Source: an uncultured Candidatus Saccharibacteria bacterium
GTDB taxonomy: Bacteria; Patescibacteriota; Minisyncoccia; Phycocordibacterales; UBA9973
DNA length: 58,720 nt
Direction: 5' to 3'
Assembly (NCBI GenBank): GCA_964611515.1
Contig: CAZTAH010000001.1
Coordinates: forward strand, 1-58,720
A model generated the notes under the pieces. The model did no database searches. It had not been told where the DNA came from and saw nothing but the letters and a program-made list of their open reading frames with translations. Every line of letters begins with the position of its first letter. The first letter of the stretch is position 1. Both the position numbers and the translations under genes were made by a program. Below, in pieces: positions 10,487 to 19,303 of this stretch.

Positions 10487-10719
10487 TAGAATTTCTTAAA
10501 ATGTATAAAATACATTAGAAAAAGAAAGACCAATGAGGGAATTCCGGTCCACAAATACGCCTTCCTGGCCTGCTCCATAAGACTTGGTTTATCTAAGTAA
10601 TAATGAAGAGCTCCAAAAAAAGCAATGACCGAAATAAAAAAAGTAACAACTATCGCTAGTTCATAGTAGCGATAACCGAGAAACTGCTTTTTCTCGGATT
10701 TTTTATTTAATTTTTTCAT
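10477..10719 (-). CDS. small membrane protein
   Basis: 80 aa with two TM helices. Confidence 0.4.
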   Translation of the reverse strand: MKKLNKKSEKKQFLGYRYYELAIVVTFFISVIAFFGALHYYLDKPSLMEQARKAYLWTGIPSLVFLFLMYFIHFKKFYKK

Positions 10720-10730
10720 ATTTTGTATAG

Positions 10731-10781
10731 TTTTTGATTAATTTAAAAAGGCAATTGTTGCCTGCTTAAATTAACCAAAAA
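10731..10781. other. long AT-rich hairpin with GC tip
   Basis: TTTTTGATTAATTTAA / TTAAATTAACCAAAAA pair at 15 of 16 positions, enclosing GGCAA ttg TTGCC. Confidence 0.5.
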
Positions 10782-10890
10782 CTAACACTACTTCGCCTAA
10801 AGACTATCATAAATAAAAAACTTTATCAACCTATGTTTGTAGCTTAAATATTTGTATTTATTCAATTTTTCTGGTATTTTATAAGAGTCC

Positions 10891-10962
10891 GGCCCCATCG
10901 TCTAGTGGTTAGGACATATCCTTCTCAAGGATAAAACCAGAGTTCGATTCTCTGTGGGGTCA
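10891..10962 (+). tRNA. tRNA-Glu(CTC)
   Basis: Acceptor GGCCCCA/TGGGGTC. Anticodon arm TATCC-TTCTCAA-GGATA. T-loop GTTCGATTC. Discriminator A; no CCA. Confidence 0.9.
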
Positions 10963-11152
10963 CAAAAGCGCGAATTCAAAAAGACTGGACTGCTCCAGTC
11001 TTTTTCGCTTTTGTGAAGACGGAAGCATGTTTTTCTAGCAAGAAAAACAGCTGAGTCCGGGGCTGGAAAATTTGCGAGCCCACCACTACCCACTTCTAAA
11101 AATAAAGAGAAGTGGGTGTGCGGACAGGCGACGGCGAGCAAATTATTGTGGC
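10963..11152 (+). repeat. tRNA-trailer structured element, Glu-linked member
   Basis: Starts AAAGCG directly after tRNA...ACA. Shares CGCTTTTGTGA(A/G)G, GTTTTNNT-AGCA-ANNAAAAC, a CCGGGG-loop hairpin and AAATT..AATTATTGTGGCC with the Arg and Leu arrays. Confidence 0.75.
10978..11005 (+). terminator. hairpin/terminator in tRNA-Glu trailer
   Basis: AAAAAGACTGGA ctgc TCCAGTCTTTTT (12-bp stem plus T run). Confidence 0.7.
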
Positions 11153-11205
11153 CCACACCACTCCTGCATGCGAAGCATTCCTTTTTAATAATCGTAAAAT
11201 AAAAA
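11153..11205 (+). repeat. direct repeat copy A (orphan tRNA-3'-like CCACACCACTCCTGCA + TGCGAAGCATTCC..)
   Basis: Near-identical to 11625-11676, 472 bp away. Confidence 0.85.
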
Positions 11206-11274
11206 ACACCGATTAGGTGTTTTTTATTTTAAAAAGCAAACTGCTTTGCTTTTGTGCGATTTGTGAGGGCGGAT

Positions 11275-11410
11275 CCCCACAAACCCATATTTCCATTGCT
11301 TTTTGTGGTTAGATTAAGTTTCTTCAGAATAAAACTGAGGAATTGTCTTTTAGTTAAATAAATATTTACTAATAATAAAAAAGCTAAAGGATGGAAATAT
11401 AGGTGTGGGG
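11275..11410 (+). repeat. MITE-like ~135-bp element, copy 1
   Basis: Termini CCCCACAAACCCATATTTCCAT.. and ..ATGGAAATATAGGTGTGGGG are imperfect inverted repeats. Homologous to 29719, 42804, 57891 and 58253. Confidence 0.8.
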
Positions 11411-11624
11411 ATTTAGCATAATTTCGCCAGCCCGCCTGCTAATGCTTAGCATTTCGGGCAGGCAGGCGAAATAGCCGAGCCGGGTGAGAAAGCGAACACT
11501 TGGAGCTTTTGCAAGACCTTGAGCGTTTTGTAATCAAAATGCGAAAGGTGTACAGATCCTGAAAGGATCGCGAGTACTTACATATTTTGCGAATACTTGG
11601 AGCAAAATATTTAGTAACTTGTGA

Positions 11625-11676
11625 CCACACCACTCCTGCATGCGAAGCATTCCTCTTAACTAATCGTAAAATAAAA
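11625..11676 (+). repeat. direct repeat copy B
   Basis: GTGACC|ACACCACTCCTGCA|TGCGAAGCATTCC.., matching 11153-11205. Confidence 0.85.
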
Positions 11677-11678
11677 TA

Positions 11679-12062
11679 TTAATAAGAAAACATGTTTATT
11701 GCCCCACTGAATGACTCTCCGAGACAATTTTCGCAATAATAACTTACATTTCTTGAGGACAGAAATTTTGTAGAGTGAATTGAAGGGTGCTTGTCCATGT
11801 AATATATAAATAATTCTCTGTTGGAGCAATGCAGGTATTCCCTTTTTAACTTATTTAAATAACTTTTTAAACTTTTTGGACTGAAATTTCTACGCACTTT
11901 ATCAACATAGGCTCTTGGTTCAAGAGAGGTATTAAAGGGGTTTTTGATTTCAGATAAGTTTTCATGACAATTAGACCCATGAGTCCTTAGGTAAGGTAAA
12001 TAATATCCCAGAGACCCAGAGAATAATATAATAATTATAGCCAATATAAGAAGTTTTTTCAC
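11679..12062 (-). CDS. hypothetical secreted Cys-containing protein
   Basis: 127 aa. Signal-like N-terminus; no recognisable family. Confidence 0.4.
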   Translation of the reverse strand: MKKLLILAIIIILFSGSLGYYLPYLRTHGSNCHENLSEIKNPFNTSLEPRAYVDKVRRNFSPKSLKSYLNKLKREYLHCSNRELFIYYMDKHPSIHSTKFLSSRNVSYYCENCLGESFSGAINMFSY

Positions 12063-12161
12063 AAGTCAATTATACCATTTTAGATTTTATATTTCCTTAA
12101 AAAAATTGACAAATGAGTAAAACTGTGGGAGTATGAGGGAAAACATCTAAAAAATTGAAGA

Positions 12162-12449
12162 ATGAAAAAACTAAGAAAGAAATTCTCAGATAAAATCTGG
12201 GAAAAGGGCAGGTCTCTTTCAAAAGGAGATCTGGTTGTTATAATTATTAAGGATGACCTTAATAATTATAAAGTCAACCTTATTAGAAGAGAATTGTTAG
12301 ATGAAAGTCATTTAACAATTCCCTGGTATGATTTGCCTGATTATGCAAAAAAATTAGGAAAATACACCGGGAGAAGAGTTTTTATTTCTAAGGAAATAAA
12401 GACAGTTCTGAAAATATCTGAGATTATTTTCAGAGATTGTGAAAAATAA
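12162..12449 (+). CDS. hypothetical protein
   Basis: 95-aa ORF followed by a terminator; no recognisable family. Confidence 0.4.
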   Translation: MKKLRKKFSDKIWEKGRSLSKGDLVVIIIKDDLNNYKVNLIRRELLDESHLTIPWYDLPDYAKKLGKYTGRRVFISKEIKTVLKISEIIFRDCEK

Positions 12450-12468
12450 GGGCTAAGCCCTTTTTTTT
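12448..12468. terminator. bidirectional terminator
   Basis: AAGGGCT a AGCCCTT followed by T8. Lies between convergent genes. Confidence 0.7.
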
Positions 12469-13744
12469 ATTTCCACTCTTTATTTTGCCTACACAAAAGT
12501 TCTGATTTTTTATCTTTTTCTAAAATTATTCTTTCAACTATTTTCTCCATTCTCATTTTTTGAGAGCCTTTTACTAAAACCACATCCCCTTCTCTTATTT
12601 CTTTTTCTACATAATTCCCTATTTTTTCTAAATCATTAAAGGAGGCAATGTCTCTTTTGTTAAACCCACTACTCAAAGCTCCTTCCATAATAAACTCAGC
12701 TCTTTGTCCAACCACTATTATCTTATCCGCTGACTCTGCTGCTTTCACTCCCACAGAAAAATGCTCCTCGTCTGTGTGTTTCCCTAATTCCAGCATGTCT
12801 CCTAATATTGCTATCTTACGAATCCCTGGGCTTTCTTTTAAGACATCTAGAGCAATTTGTTGAGCCAAAGGAGAGGAGTTGTAGCTGTCATCTATTATCA
12901 AGGAATTATTAATACCTTTTAGTAACGATAACCTTCCTGGAGGATTTTTATATTTAGAAATAATTTCTATGCTCTCTAACAAATCAAAACCCAACTCCCT
13001 AGCACAAGCTAGAGCCGAAGTGATTATTCCTGCATAATGTAATCCGAGAATATTAGACAAAGAAACAGGATAGGTGTTTCCCTCATAGTTAATTTTAAAA
13101 TTAATCCCAGGAGCTTCTTCTCTCTCTTTCTCCATATGAACTATTTGATAAGTAGAATTTGAGTCAGATCCAAAAGAAATTGTTCTGGCTTCAGAATACT
13201 GACGAAGATCATAAACCCTAGGATCATCATTGTTTAAAATTAACAAACCGTCTTTTTTCAGAGCTTGCACTAATGATTTTTTCTCACTCTCTAATTCTTC
13301 TATGTTTTCAAAAAACTCAATATGGGCTGGGCAGTCAGAAAACTTAGTAACAATTACAATGTCTGGTTTTAACCATTTAGCTATTTTGTTTTTTATGTCT
13401 CCCGCTTTCCTTAATCCAATTTCTAAAATTATATATTGTGGATATTTATGTTTCCAAAAAATTAAGCTTAGGCCATGTATCATTACCCCTATCCACATAA
13501 AAAAATCATGGCCCCCGTCATAGCAACCTAAAATAGTTAAGGGTAATCCAATTTCATTATAATAATTTTTCTCACTCATCCTTACTGCGGCACTAGAAGA
13601 GATTATTGAGTATAGTGCTTGTTTGGTAGAAGTTTTACCCACCGAACCAGTAATGGCTATTATCTTAGGCTTATATTTTAATATTACAACCTTTGATTGC
13701 CAGGTTATAATTTTAATTAAAATTTTTTTAAAAAATTTTTTCAT
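12467..13744 (-). CDS. murF: UDP-N-acetylmuramoyl-tripeptide--D-alanyl-D-alanine ligase
   Basis: Mur ligase P-loop ITGSVGKTSTK, middle and C-terminal domains (DDSYNSSP, LGDMLELG). Position in the dcw cluster. Confidence 0.85.
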   Translation of the reverse strand: MKKFFKKILIKIITWQSKVVILKYKPKIIAITGSVGKTSTKQALYSIISSSAAVRMSEKNYYNEIGLPLTILGCYDGGHDFFMWIGVMIHGLSLIFWKHKYPQYIILEIGLRKAGDIKNKIAKWLKPDIVIVTKFSDCPAHIEFFENIEELESEKKSLVQALKKDGLLILNNDDPRVYDLRQYSEARTISFGSDSNSTYQIVHMEKEREEAPGINFKINYEGNTYPVSLSNILGLHYAGIITSALACARELGFDLLESIEIISKYKNPPGRLSLLKGINNSLIIDDSYNSSPLAQQIALDVLKESPGIRKIAILGDMLELGKHTDEEHFSVGVKAAESADKIIVVGQRAEFIMEGALSSGFNKRDIASFNDLEKIGNYVEKEIREGDVVLVKGSQKMRMEKIVERIILEKDKKSELLCRQNKEWK

Positions 13745-13788
13745 TAGGTCTTAGTGTTACCTATCTACTTATATTTTATCACAAAAAG

Positions 13789-15513
13789 CTATCTATCTGG
13801 AGAAACATTATAGTACCCTAGGAGAAATTTAGCGATATTAACAAAAGGAGGAATTAGTGTTTGAGAAGCATATTTTACATTTTTAGGATTTTTTAAATAA
13901 ATAAAAACTAAAAACTTGGGATCATAAGCAGGAAAATAAGCAAAGAAGGAGTGAGTATGTCTATCCTCATAATACCCTCCTTGTTTTTCATTGGCTATTT
14001 GAGCTGTTCCTGTTTTTGCTGCGACAGTATAGTGGTCAAATTTATAAGAGCCATTATCATAACTATCAAAAACTTTAACTAACATTTTAGTTATAGTTTC
14101 TGCTGTTTCTTCTTTTATTATATTTTCAGCTACATGGGAGGGATTATTTTTTTGATTAGACCCTCCATTGTACCTAATTTCTTTCATTAAGTGTGGCACA
14201 ATTAAATTTCCCCCGTTGGCTAAAATACTCAAACTCCTAACTACACCCACTGGACTAAAGGCTATTCCTTGGCCAAAAGAAGCATTAGCGTGCTCTATGT
14301 CTCTGGGACTATCTAGTAAGTTTTTAACCAAACCAGGAGTCTCATTTGGTAAATCTATGTTAGTTTTTTCTCCTAATCCAAACAATTTAATATATTCTTT
14401 TAAGTTCTTATTTCCTAGTTTACTTTGAACAAAAACCATCCCTGTATTAAGAGACTGATTTAAAACCTCTTGCATGTCTATGTGTCCCCTGCCTTTTTTA
14501 TCAAAGTTATTAATTATCTTTTTCTCTACTACTACATATCCTTCGTCATAATAAGTTGTCTCTGGACTAATCACTCCTACATCTAATGCACTAGCCATTA
14601 CTATTGGTTTTATAATAGAGCCAAATTCTAAAACATTTTCCACTAGTGGGTTTCTATACACCTCTGGATCAGAAACATTTCTAAAATCATTTAAATCAAA
14701 ATCAGGAAAAGCAGCTAGGGCATAAATTTCACCACTTTGAGGATCAATGATAATCCCACCTGCTTCATCTGCGTTCCACTTGTTCATTACAGACAATAAT
14801 TCTGTTTCAAAAGTATAAGAAACTACTGGCTCTAAAGTAGTCACTATGTCTCCTTTTTTCTTTTCTGTATTACCTTTTTTTAAATCAGAAAAAGTTTCTG
14901 CAAAAAAATTAACATGGGGCTGATCCTGAGGCCTAGCTAAAACGGACTCATAAAAACTCTCTAATCCATATCTCCCCTTTAGTTCATTTTCTTTGTATGC
15001 TAAAAATCCAATAGAGTGAGCAGCCACATCTCCACTTGGATAACTTCGCCAGTTTTCCTTGTGAACAGATAGTCCTTTTATCTTAAGGCCAGAAATCTCA
15101 TCTGCTTCTTCTTTTGTCAATTTATTCGCTATTTCTTCATATGGATCTCCTTTTTTATTAGCACGAAAAACAAAGGTGTCGTAATCTATTTCTAAATAGG
15201 GTTCTAGTTTTTCATATAAAATATCTGGTTCTTCTTCTAGATCATCAGGCTTAATGGACACCTTGTATCCTGATGTCACAGTAGCAGCAGAAACCAAGCT
15301 TCCATCTTTCTTAGAAAAGAAAATAGATCCACGAGTAAAAATATCACCAGATGAAGAGATGTGCTGACTATTCACCTCATTTATGTAAATGTCTTTATCT
15401 ATTACCTGAAAAATAAATAGTTTTCTTAATATCAGAATAGCAACTAAAAAAAATAAAAGAATTACCACTCTTATTCTTCCTTTGTACCCTATTCTTCTAT
15501 TTTTTTTAAACAT
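13789..15513 (-). CDS. ftsI: penicillin-binding protein (FtsI-type transpeptidase)
   Basis: TM anchor, dimerisation domain, transpeptidase motifs (GSIIKP, SLNTG, KTGTA). Lies between ftsL and murF. Confidence 0.85.
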   Translation of the reverse strand: MFKKNRRIGYKGRIRVVILLFFLVAILILRKLFIFQVIDKDIYINEVNSQHISSSGDIFTRGSIFFSKKDGSLVSAATVTSGYKVSIKPDDLEEEPDILYEKLEPYLEIDYDTFVFRANKKGDPYEEIANKLTKEEADEISGLKIKGLSVHKENWRSYPSGDVAAHSIGFLAYKENELKGRYGLESFYESVLARPQDQPHVNFFAETFSDLKKGNTEKKKGDIVTTLEPVVSYTFETELLSVMNKWNADEAGGIIIDPQSGEIYALAAFPDFDLNDFRNVSDPEVYRNPLVENVLEFGSIIKPIVMASALDVGVISPETTYYDEGYVVVEKKIINNFDKKGRGHIDMQEVLNQSLNTGMVFVQSKLGNKNLKEYIKLFGLGEKTNIDLPNETPGLVKNLLDSPRDIEHANASFGQGIAFSPVGVVRSLSILANGGNLIVPHLMKEIRYNGGSNQKNNPSHVAENIIKEETAETITKMLVKVFDSYDNGSYKFDHYTVAAKTGTAQIANEKQGGYYEDRHTHSFFAYFPAYDPKFLVFIYLKNPKNVKYASQTLIPPFVNIAKFLLGYYNVSPDR

Positions 15514-15836
15514 TATCTAATCGCCATATGATTAATCCCCTTGGAAACATAGAGATTTTGCTGGTTTTCAGTAAAGCCATTAGAGAAAGCATACTCCTTA
15601 TCTAAACCCTTAATCATATTTAAATAAATTAAATCTAGCTCATTTACCTGTTCAGTTAAAACAGATATTTTATTCTCAAGAAGACCTCTTTTTACCGTAT
15701 CTGAAGTTGCTGATATGATTAAGTACCCATAAAGAGAAGAGACAACAAGAAAAAAAGACATTAGTGTGTAAAATATTTTTTTTCTTATTTTTAAAGATTT
15801 ATTATTTTCTTTTTTTTGAACTGTTCTTGTTGTCAT
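15513..15836 (-). CDS. ftsL: FtsL-like cell-division membrane protein
   Basis: 107 aa: basic N-terminus, one TM, then coiled coil. Canonical position after rsmH. Confidence 0.5.
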   Translation of the reverse strand: MTTRTVQKKENNKSLKIRKKIFYTLMSFFLVVSSLYGYLIISATSDTVKRGLLENKISVLTEQVNELDLIYLNMIKGLDKEYAFSNGFTENQQNLYVSKGINHMAIR

Positions 15837-15839
15837 TTG

Positions 15840-16736
15840 TTAAACTATTTTTTCTATTAATCTTAATTTTGAACTCCTAGAACGAGGATTTATTTTTATT
15901 TCTTCTTCGTCTGGAACATATGGTTTTTTATTTATTAAAATTGCTTGACCGTTTTTGCTTAATTCTCTAAAGCTTCTTTTTACTATACGATCTTCCAGGC
16001 TGTGAAAAGAAATTATTGCCATTCTTCCTTTTTTATTAAGCAAATTAAATCCTTTATAAATAACTTCTTCTAAGTTTTCTAGCTCCCTATTAGTTGCTAT
16101 TCTTAAGGCTTGAAAAGTTTTTGTGGCAAAGTGTATCTTTTTTCCTTTATAAAAATGACCCACTGTTTTATCAAGGATAGAAACTAAATCAAAAGTATTT
16201 TCTATCTTTTTTTCTTTTCTTGCTTCTACTATTGCTCTTGCTATTTTCCTAGAATGTTTTTCTTCTCCAAAACCGAAGATTATATCTGCTAGGCTTTCTT
16301 CAGACCAATAATTGACTATTTCTTGAGCTGTAACATCATCTTCTTTGGGATTTTTTTTCATAGTCATTAAAAGAGGTTCATTTTTAAGAAAAGAAAAACC
16401 TCTCTCCCCTTCCTCAAGCTGAAAAGAAGAAATCCCTAGATCAAGAATAATCTTGTCTACTTTTTCTATTCCTAGATTTTTGAGCTCTAAATCTATCTCT
16501 TGGAAACCACTGTTTACATAAATAATATCTGCATTTTTATCTTTAGTTATGATCTTGACTCTATTGATAGCATCTATGTCTAAGTCAAAACCTATAATTT
16601 TAACATCAGAATTAAATCTCCTGATGATCTCTAAAGAATGACCCCCGCCTCCTAATGTTCCATCGACTACTATGTCACCAGGTTTTAAATCTAGCTCATC
16701 TATCGTCTTGCTAAGCAAAACCGGTATATGTTTCAT
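15840..16736 (-). CDS. rsmH: 16S rRNA m4C1402 methyltransferase
   Basis: Has HIPVLL, VDGTLGGGGHS, DLGISS.QL and SFHSLEDR.VK. Confidence 0.95.
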   Translation of the reverse strand: MKHIPVLLSKTIDELDLKPGDIVVDGTLGGGGHSLEIIRRFNSDVKIIGFDLDIDAINRVKIITKDKNADIIYVNSGFQEIDLELKNLGIEKVDKIILDLGISSFQLEEGERGFSFLKNEPLLMTMKKNPKEDDVTAQEIVNYWSEESLADIIFGFGEEKHSRKIARAIVEARKEKKIENTFDLVSILDKTVGHFYKGKKIHFATKTFQALRIATNRELENLEEVIYKGFNLLNKKGRMAIISFHSLEDRIVKRSFRELSKNGQAILINKKPYVPDEEEIKINPRSRSSKLRLIEKIV

Positions 16737-16737
16737 A

Positions 16738-17172
16738 TTAAAGAACTCCTCCCTGCCCTAATTTATCTGCCAGGGCGTCTGCTTCATTTTCTACTTCTAG
16801 CTTGTATTCATTCCAAATTCTTTCATTCCAAATTTCTAGCCTATTTTGAACTCCAATAACTACTACCCTGTCTGATAACTCAGAACGATCTTTTAAATTT
16901 TCTGGAATTAATATCCTGCCACTTCCATCAACTTCTACAACCACAGCCTGACCAAACATAAATCTAGAAAAACTCCTATTGTCACTAGCCAACATTGAAG
17001 AATCTGATATCTTGTTAGATATTTTTTCCCACTCTTTAAGAGTATATAAAGACAAACAACGATCTAGGCCTGGAGCCAAGACCATATTTTTTCCCATTTC
17101 TTTTCTAAACCTAGCTGGTAGAGAAATTCTATTCTTGTCATCTAGTGTATGTTTGTATTCTCCAATTAGCAT
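16738..17172 (-). CDS. mraZ: transcriptional regulator MraZ
   Basis: Two SpoVT/AbrB-like repeats: DDKNRISLPARFR and DGSGRILIP. Confidence 0.95.
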   Translation of the reverse strand: MLIGEYKHTLDDKNRISLPARFRKEMGKNMVLAPGLDRCLSLYTLKEWEKISNKISDSSMLASDNRSFSRFMFGQAVVVEVDGSGRILIPENLKDRSELSDRVVVIGVQNRLEIWNERIWNEYKLEVENEADALADKLGQGGVL

Positions 17173-17197
17173 AATAACTGGTGGAATGATTAATTAT

Positions 17198-17251
17198 TCC
17201 CACTTCATCCCACTTAATAGTTATTATAGACCACTTTCCCCCACAAGACAA
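17198..17251 (-). promoter_or_regulatory. mraZ/dcw promoter with putative MraZ operator boxes
   Basis: Minus sense reads TTGTCT-17 nt-TATAAT. AAGTGGGA is repeated twice at a 10-bp period just downstream, and AAAGTGG lies in the spacer 21 bp away. Confidence 0.5.
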
Positions 17252-17283
17252 ATTATTGTTTTTTATCAAAACTGTGGATAAGT

Positions 17284-17310
17284 AAAAAAAGCCCCCTGAG
17301 GGGCTTTTTT
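17284..17310 (-). terminator. lysS terminator (bidirectional shape)
   Basis: A7 GCCCC ctga GGGGC T6. Confidence 0.8.
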
Positions 17311-17319
17311 GCTAGTTTT

Positions 17320-18807
17320 TTATTTAGGCTGAGTTATTGGAAAAAATATTACATCTCTTAGGTTCTTTTGTTCAGTTAAAATAGCCACTAAACGATCAAT
17401 CCCCATACCGAAACCAGTCATTGGAGGCATTCCATGTTCCATGGCAGTTAAAAAATCTTCATCTATTTCCATTGCTTCCTCGTCTCCTTCTTCTTTCGCC
17501 TTAGCTTGTACGGTTAACAAATCTCTTTGGACCAAAGGGTTAACCAACTCTGCATATTGATTAGTTATTTCTGCTCCTCCTATTATTAACTGGGCCACTC
17601 TGGCTGTTTTATTTTCTTCATCTTGCTGAGCTAGGGGCTTTAATTCTCCAGGAAAATCAATTACGAAAGTAGGATTGATTATCTTAGGTCTGGATGATTT
17701 TTTATAAATGAAATCTAATAAATTCCCCCTACCTGTTTTCTCTGCCTCTTCTTTCTTCATTCCCCATTTTATGGCCTCTTCTCTTGCTTCCTCCAAACTA
17801 ATTGTCTTTATGTTAATATTAGCATTTTCTTTTAATAGATCAGCAAATGATATTCTGGGCCAAGCTCCACTAAAATCTACTTTCACTTCTTTTCCCTCTC
17901 TGTTATACACTGAAAAAACATTTTTTTGCATAATGTTTTCAGCTAAAGACCTAATTAGCTCTTCAGTCCACATCATACTAGTTTCCAATGTTTGATAAGC
18001 AGCATACCATTCTATCATTGTAAATTCTTGTAAATGAGTTGGGTCTGACCCCTCATTTCTAAAGTTCTTTCCAATTTCATAAACTCTTTCATATCCCCCC
18101 ACCATTACTTTTTTATGATCTAATTCTAGGGCTATCCTTAAAACCATTGGCATATCATAATCATTGTGGTGAGTTTCAAAAACTCTTGCCATTGCTCCCC
18201 CTGCTTGATTTTGTAAAATCGGAGTTTCTATTTCCATAAAACCCTTATCGTCCAAATATTTTCTTATTGCTTGTATTACCTTAAACCGAACTTCAAACCT
18301 TTCATAGGTTTCTTCATTTGTTAATATGTCTAAATATTTTTTTCTTCTTATTTCTTCTTGATCCTGTAATCCACACCACTTATCTGGCATTGGTAAAAGA
18401 GCCTTAGAGCCCATTATCCAATCTTTTATTAAAATACTTTCTTCTCCCCTAGCCGTCACAAAAATAGAACCTGTTACTCCTATGTAATCTCCGCAGTCTA
18501 CACAATTTTTAAATAAATCAAATAAATCATTACTTATTTCTTCCTTTTTTAGAACTGCCTGAAAACGACTTCCCCCTGATTGCAAAACAACAAAAAGAAT
18601 AGACCCTTGACCTCTTATAATCATCACCCTCCCTGCTGTAGAAACATCTTTGTCTCCTAATGAATCTTTTAGTTCACTAAATTTATTTTTTACCTCTGAG
18701 ACCGAATAATCAAAAGGCACAGACACTGGATAGGCCTCCATGCCTGCTTCTTTTAATAATTCTATTTTCTTTAGTCGCACATTGCGTAATTCTCTCAAAG
18801 TAGACAT
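17320..18807 (-). CDS. lysS: lysine--tRNA ligase, class II
   Basis: OB anticodon-binding domain plus class II motifs (FRNEG, GGYERVYEIG, GMGIDRL). Confidence 0.95.
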   Translation of the reverse strand: MSTLRELRNVRLKKIELLKEAGMEAYPVSVPFDYSVSEVKNKFSELKDSLGDKDVSTAGRVMIIRGQGSILFVVLQSGGSRFQAVLKKEEISNDLFDLFKNCVDCGDYIGVTGSIFVTARGEESILIKDWIMGSKALLPMPDKWCGLQDQEEIRRKKYLDILTNEETYERFEVRFKVIQAIRKYLDDKGFMEIETPILQNQAGGAMARVFETHHNDYDMPMVLRIALELDHKKVMVGGYERVYEIGKNFRNEGSDPTHLQEFTMIEWYAAYQTLETSMMWTEELIRSLAENIMQKNVFSVYNREGKEVKVDFSGAWPRISFADLLKENANINIKTISLEEAREEAIKWGMKKEEAEKTGRGNLLDFIYKKSSRPKIINPTFVIDFPGELKPLAQQDEENKTARVAQLIIGGAEITNQYAELVNPLVQRDLLTVQAKAKEEGDEEAMEIDEDFLTAMEHGMPPMTGFGMGIDRLVAILTEQKNLRDVIFFPITQPK

Positions 18808-18811
18808 AACT

Positions 18812-19276
18812 CTATTCTATATCAATTAGAGTGTATTTGACCAGCCCCTTAGGAGTTTTTATCTCAAACTCTTCTCCTTTCTTTCTTCCCATGAGAGCTT
18901 TGCCCAAAGGAGATTTATAAGAAATTTTACTTTGACTCATGTCTGATTCTTCTGTTCCCACTATGTGATAAGTGATTTCTTTCCTTTCTCCTGCTTTTTT
19001 AACCTTAACCGAAGCACCCACCTCTACCTTAGAACTAGAATGCTTTTTAACTATTACGGCTGTCTTAAGAAGGATTTCTATTCTTCTTATGCGATCCTCT
19101 ATCCTTCCTTGCTCATCTCTAGCTTCGTGATATTCTGAATTCTCAGATAGATCACCTAAGGCCTTGGCAGCCTCTATTGCTTCTATTATTTCTTTTCTTC
19201 TAAAGGTTTTAAGAAAATCTAATTCTCCTTCTAATTCTTTTCTTTTTCCTTCTGTTATGTAATTAATTTCCTCCAT
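18812..19276 (-). CDS. greA: transcription elongation factor GreA
   Basis: Has ITEGKRKELE.EL..L, GDLSENSEY.A and C-terminal FKBP-like SP.G.AL.G. Start moved to the ATG; the ORF-track start at 19282 is TTG. Confidence 0.9.
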   Translation of the reverse strand: MEEINYITEGKRKELEGELDFLKTFRRKEIIEAIEAAKALGDLSENSEYHEARDEQGRIEDRIRRIEILLKTAVIVKKHSSSKVEVGASVKVKKAGERKEITYHIVGTEESDMSQSKISYKSPLGKALMGRKKGEEFEIKTPKGLVKYTLIDIE

Positions 19277-19303
19277 AGTCAATCCATATTATCTTATTTA
19301 TTA

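Noticed and set aside
10902-11633. ORFs 10902-11156(-) and 11439-11633(-) from the six-frame track.
   Set aside because: They lie entirely in GC-rich repeat/hairpin modules and overlap tRNA-Glu. Their composition reflects repeats, not coding sequence.
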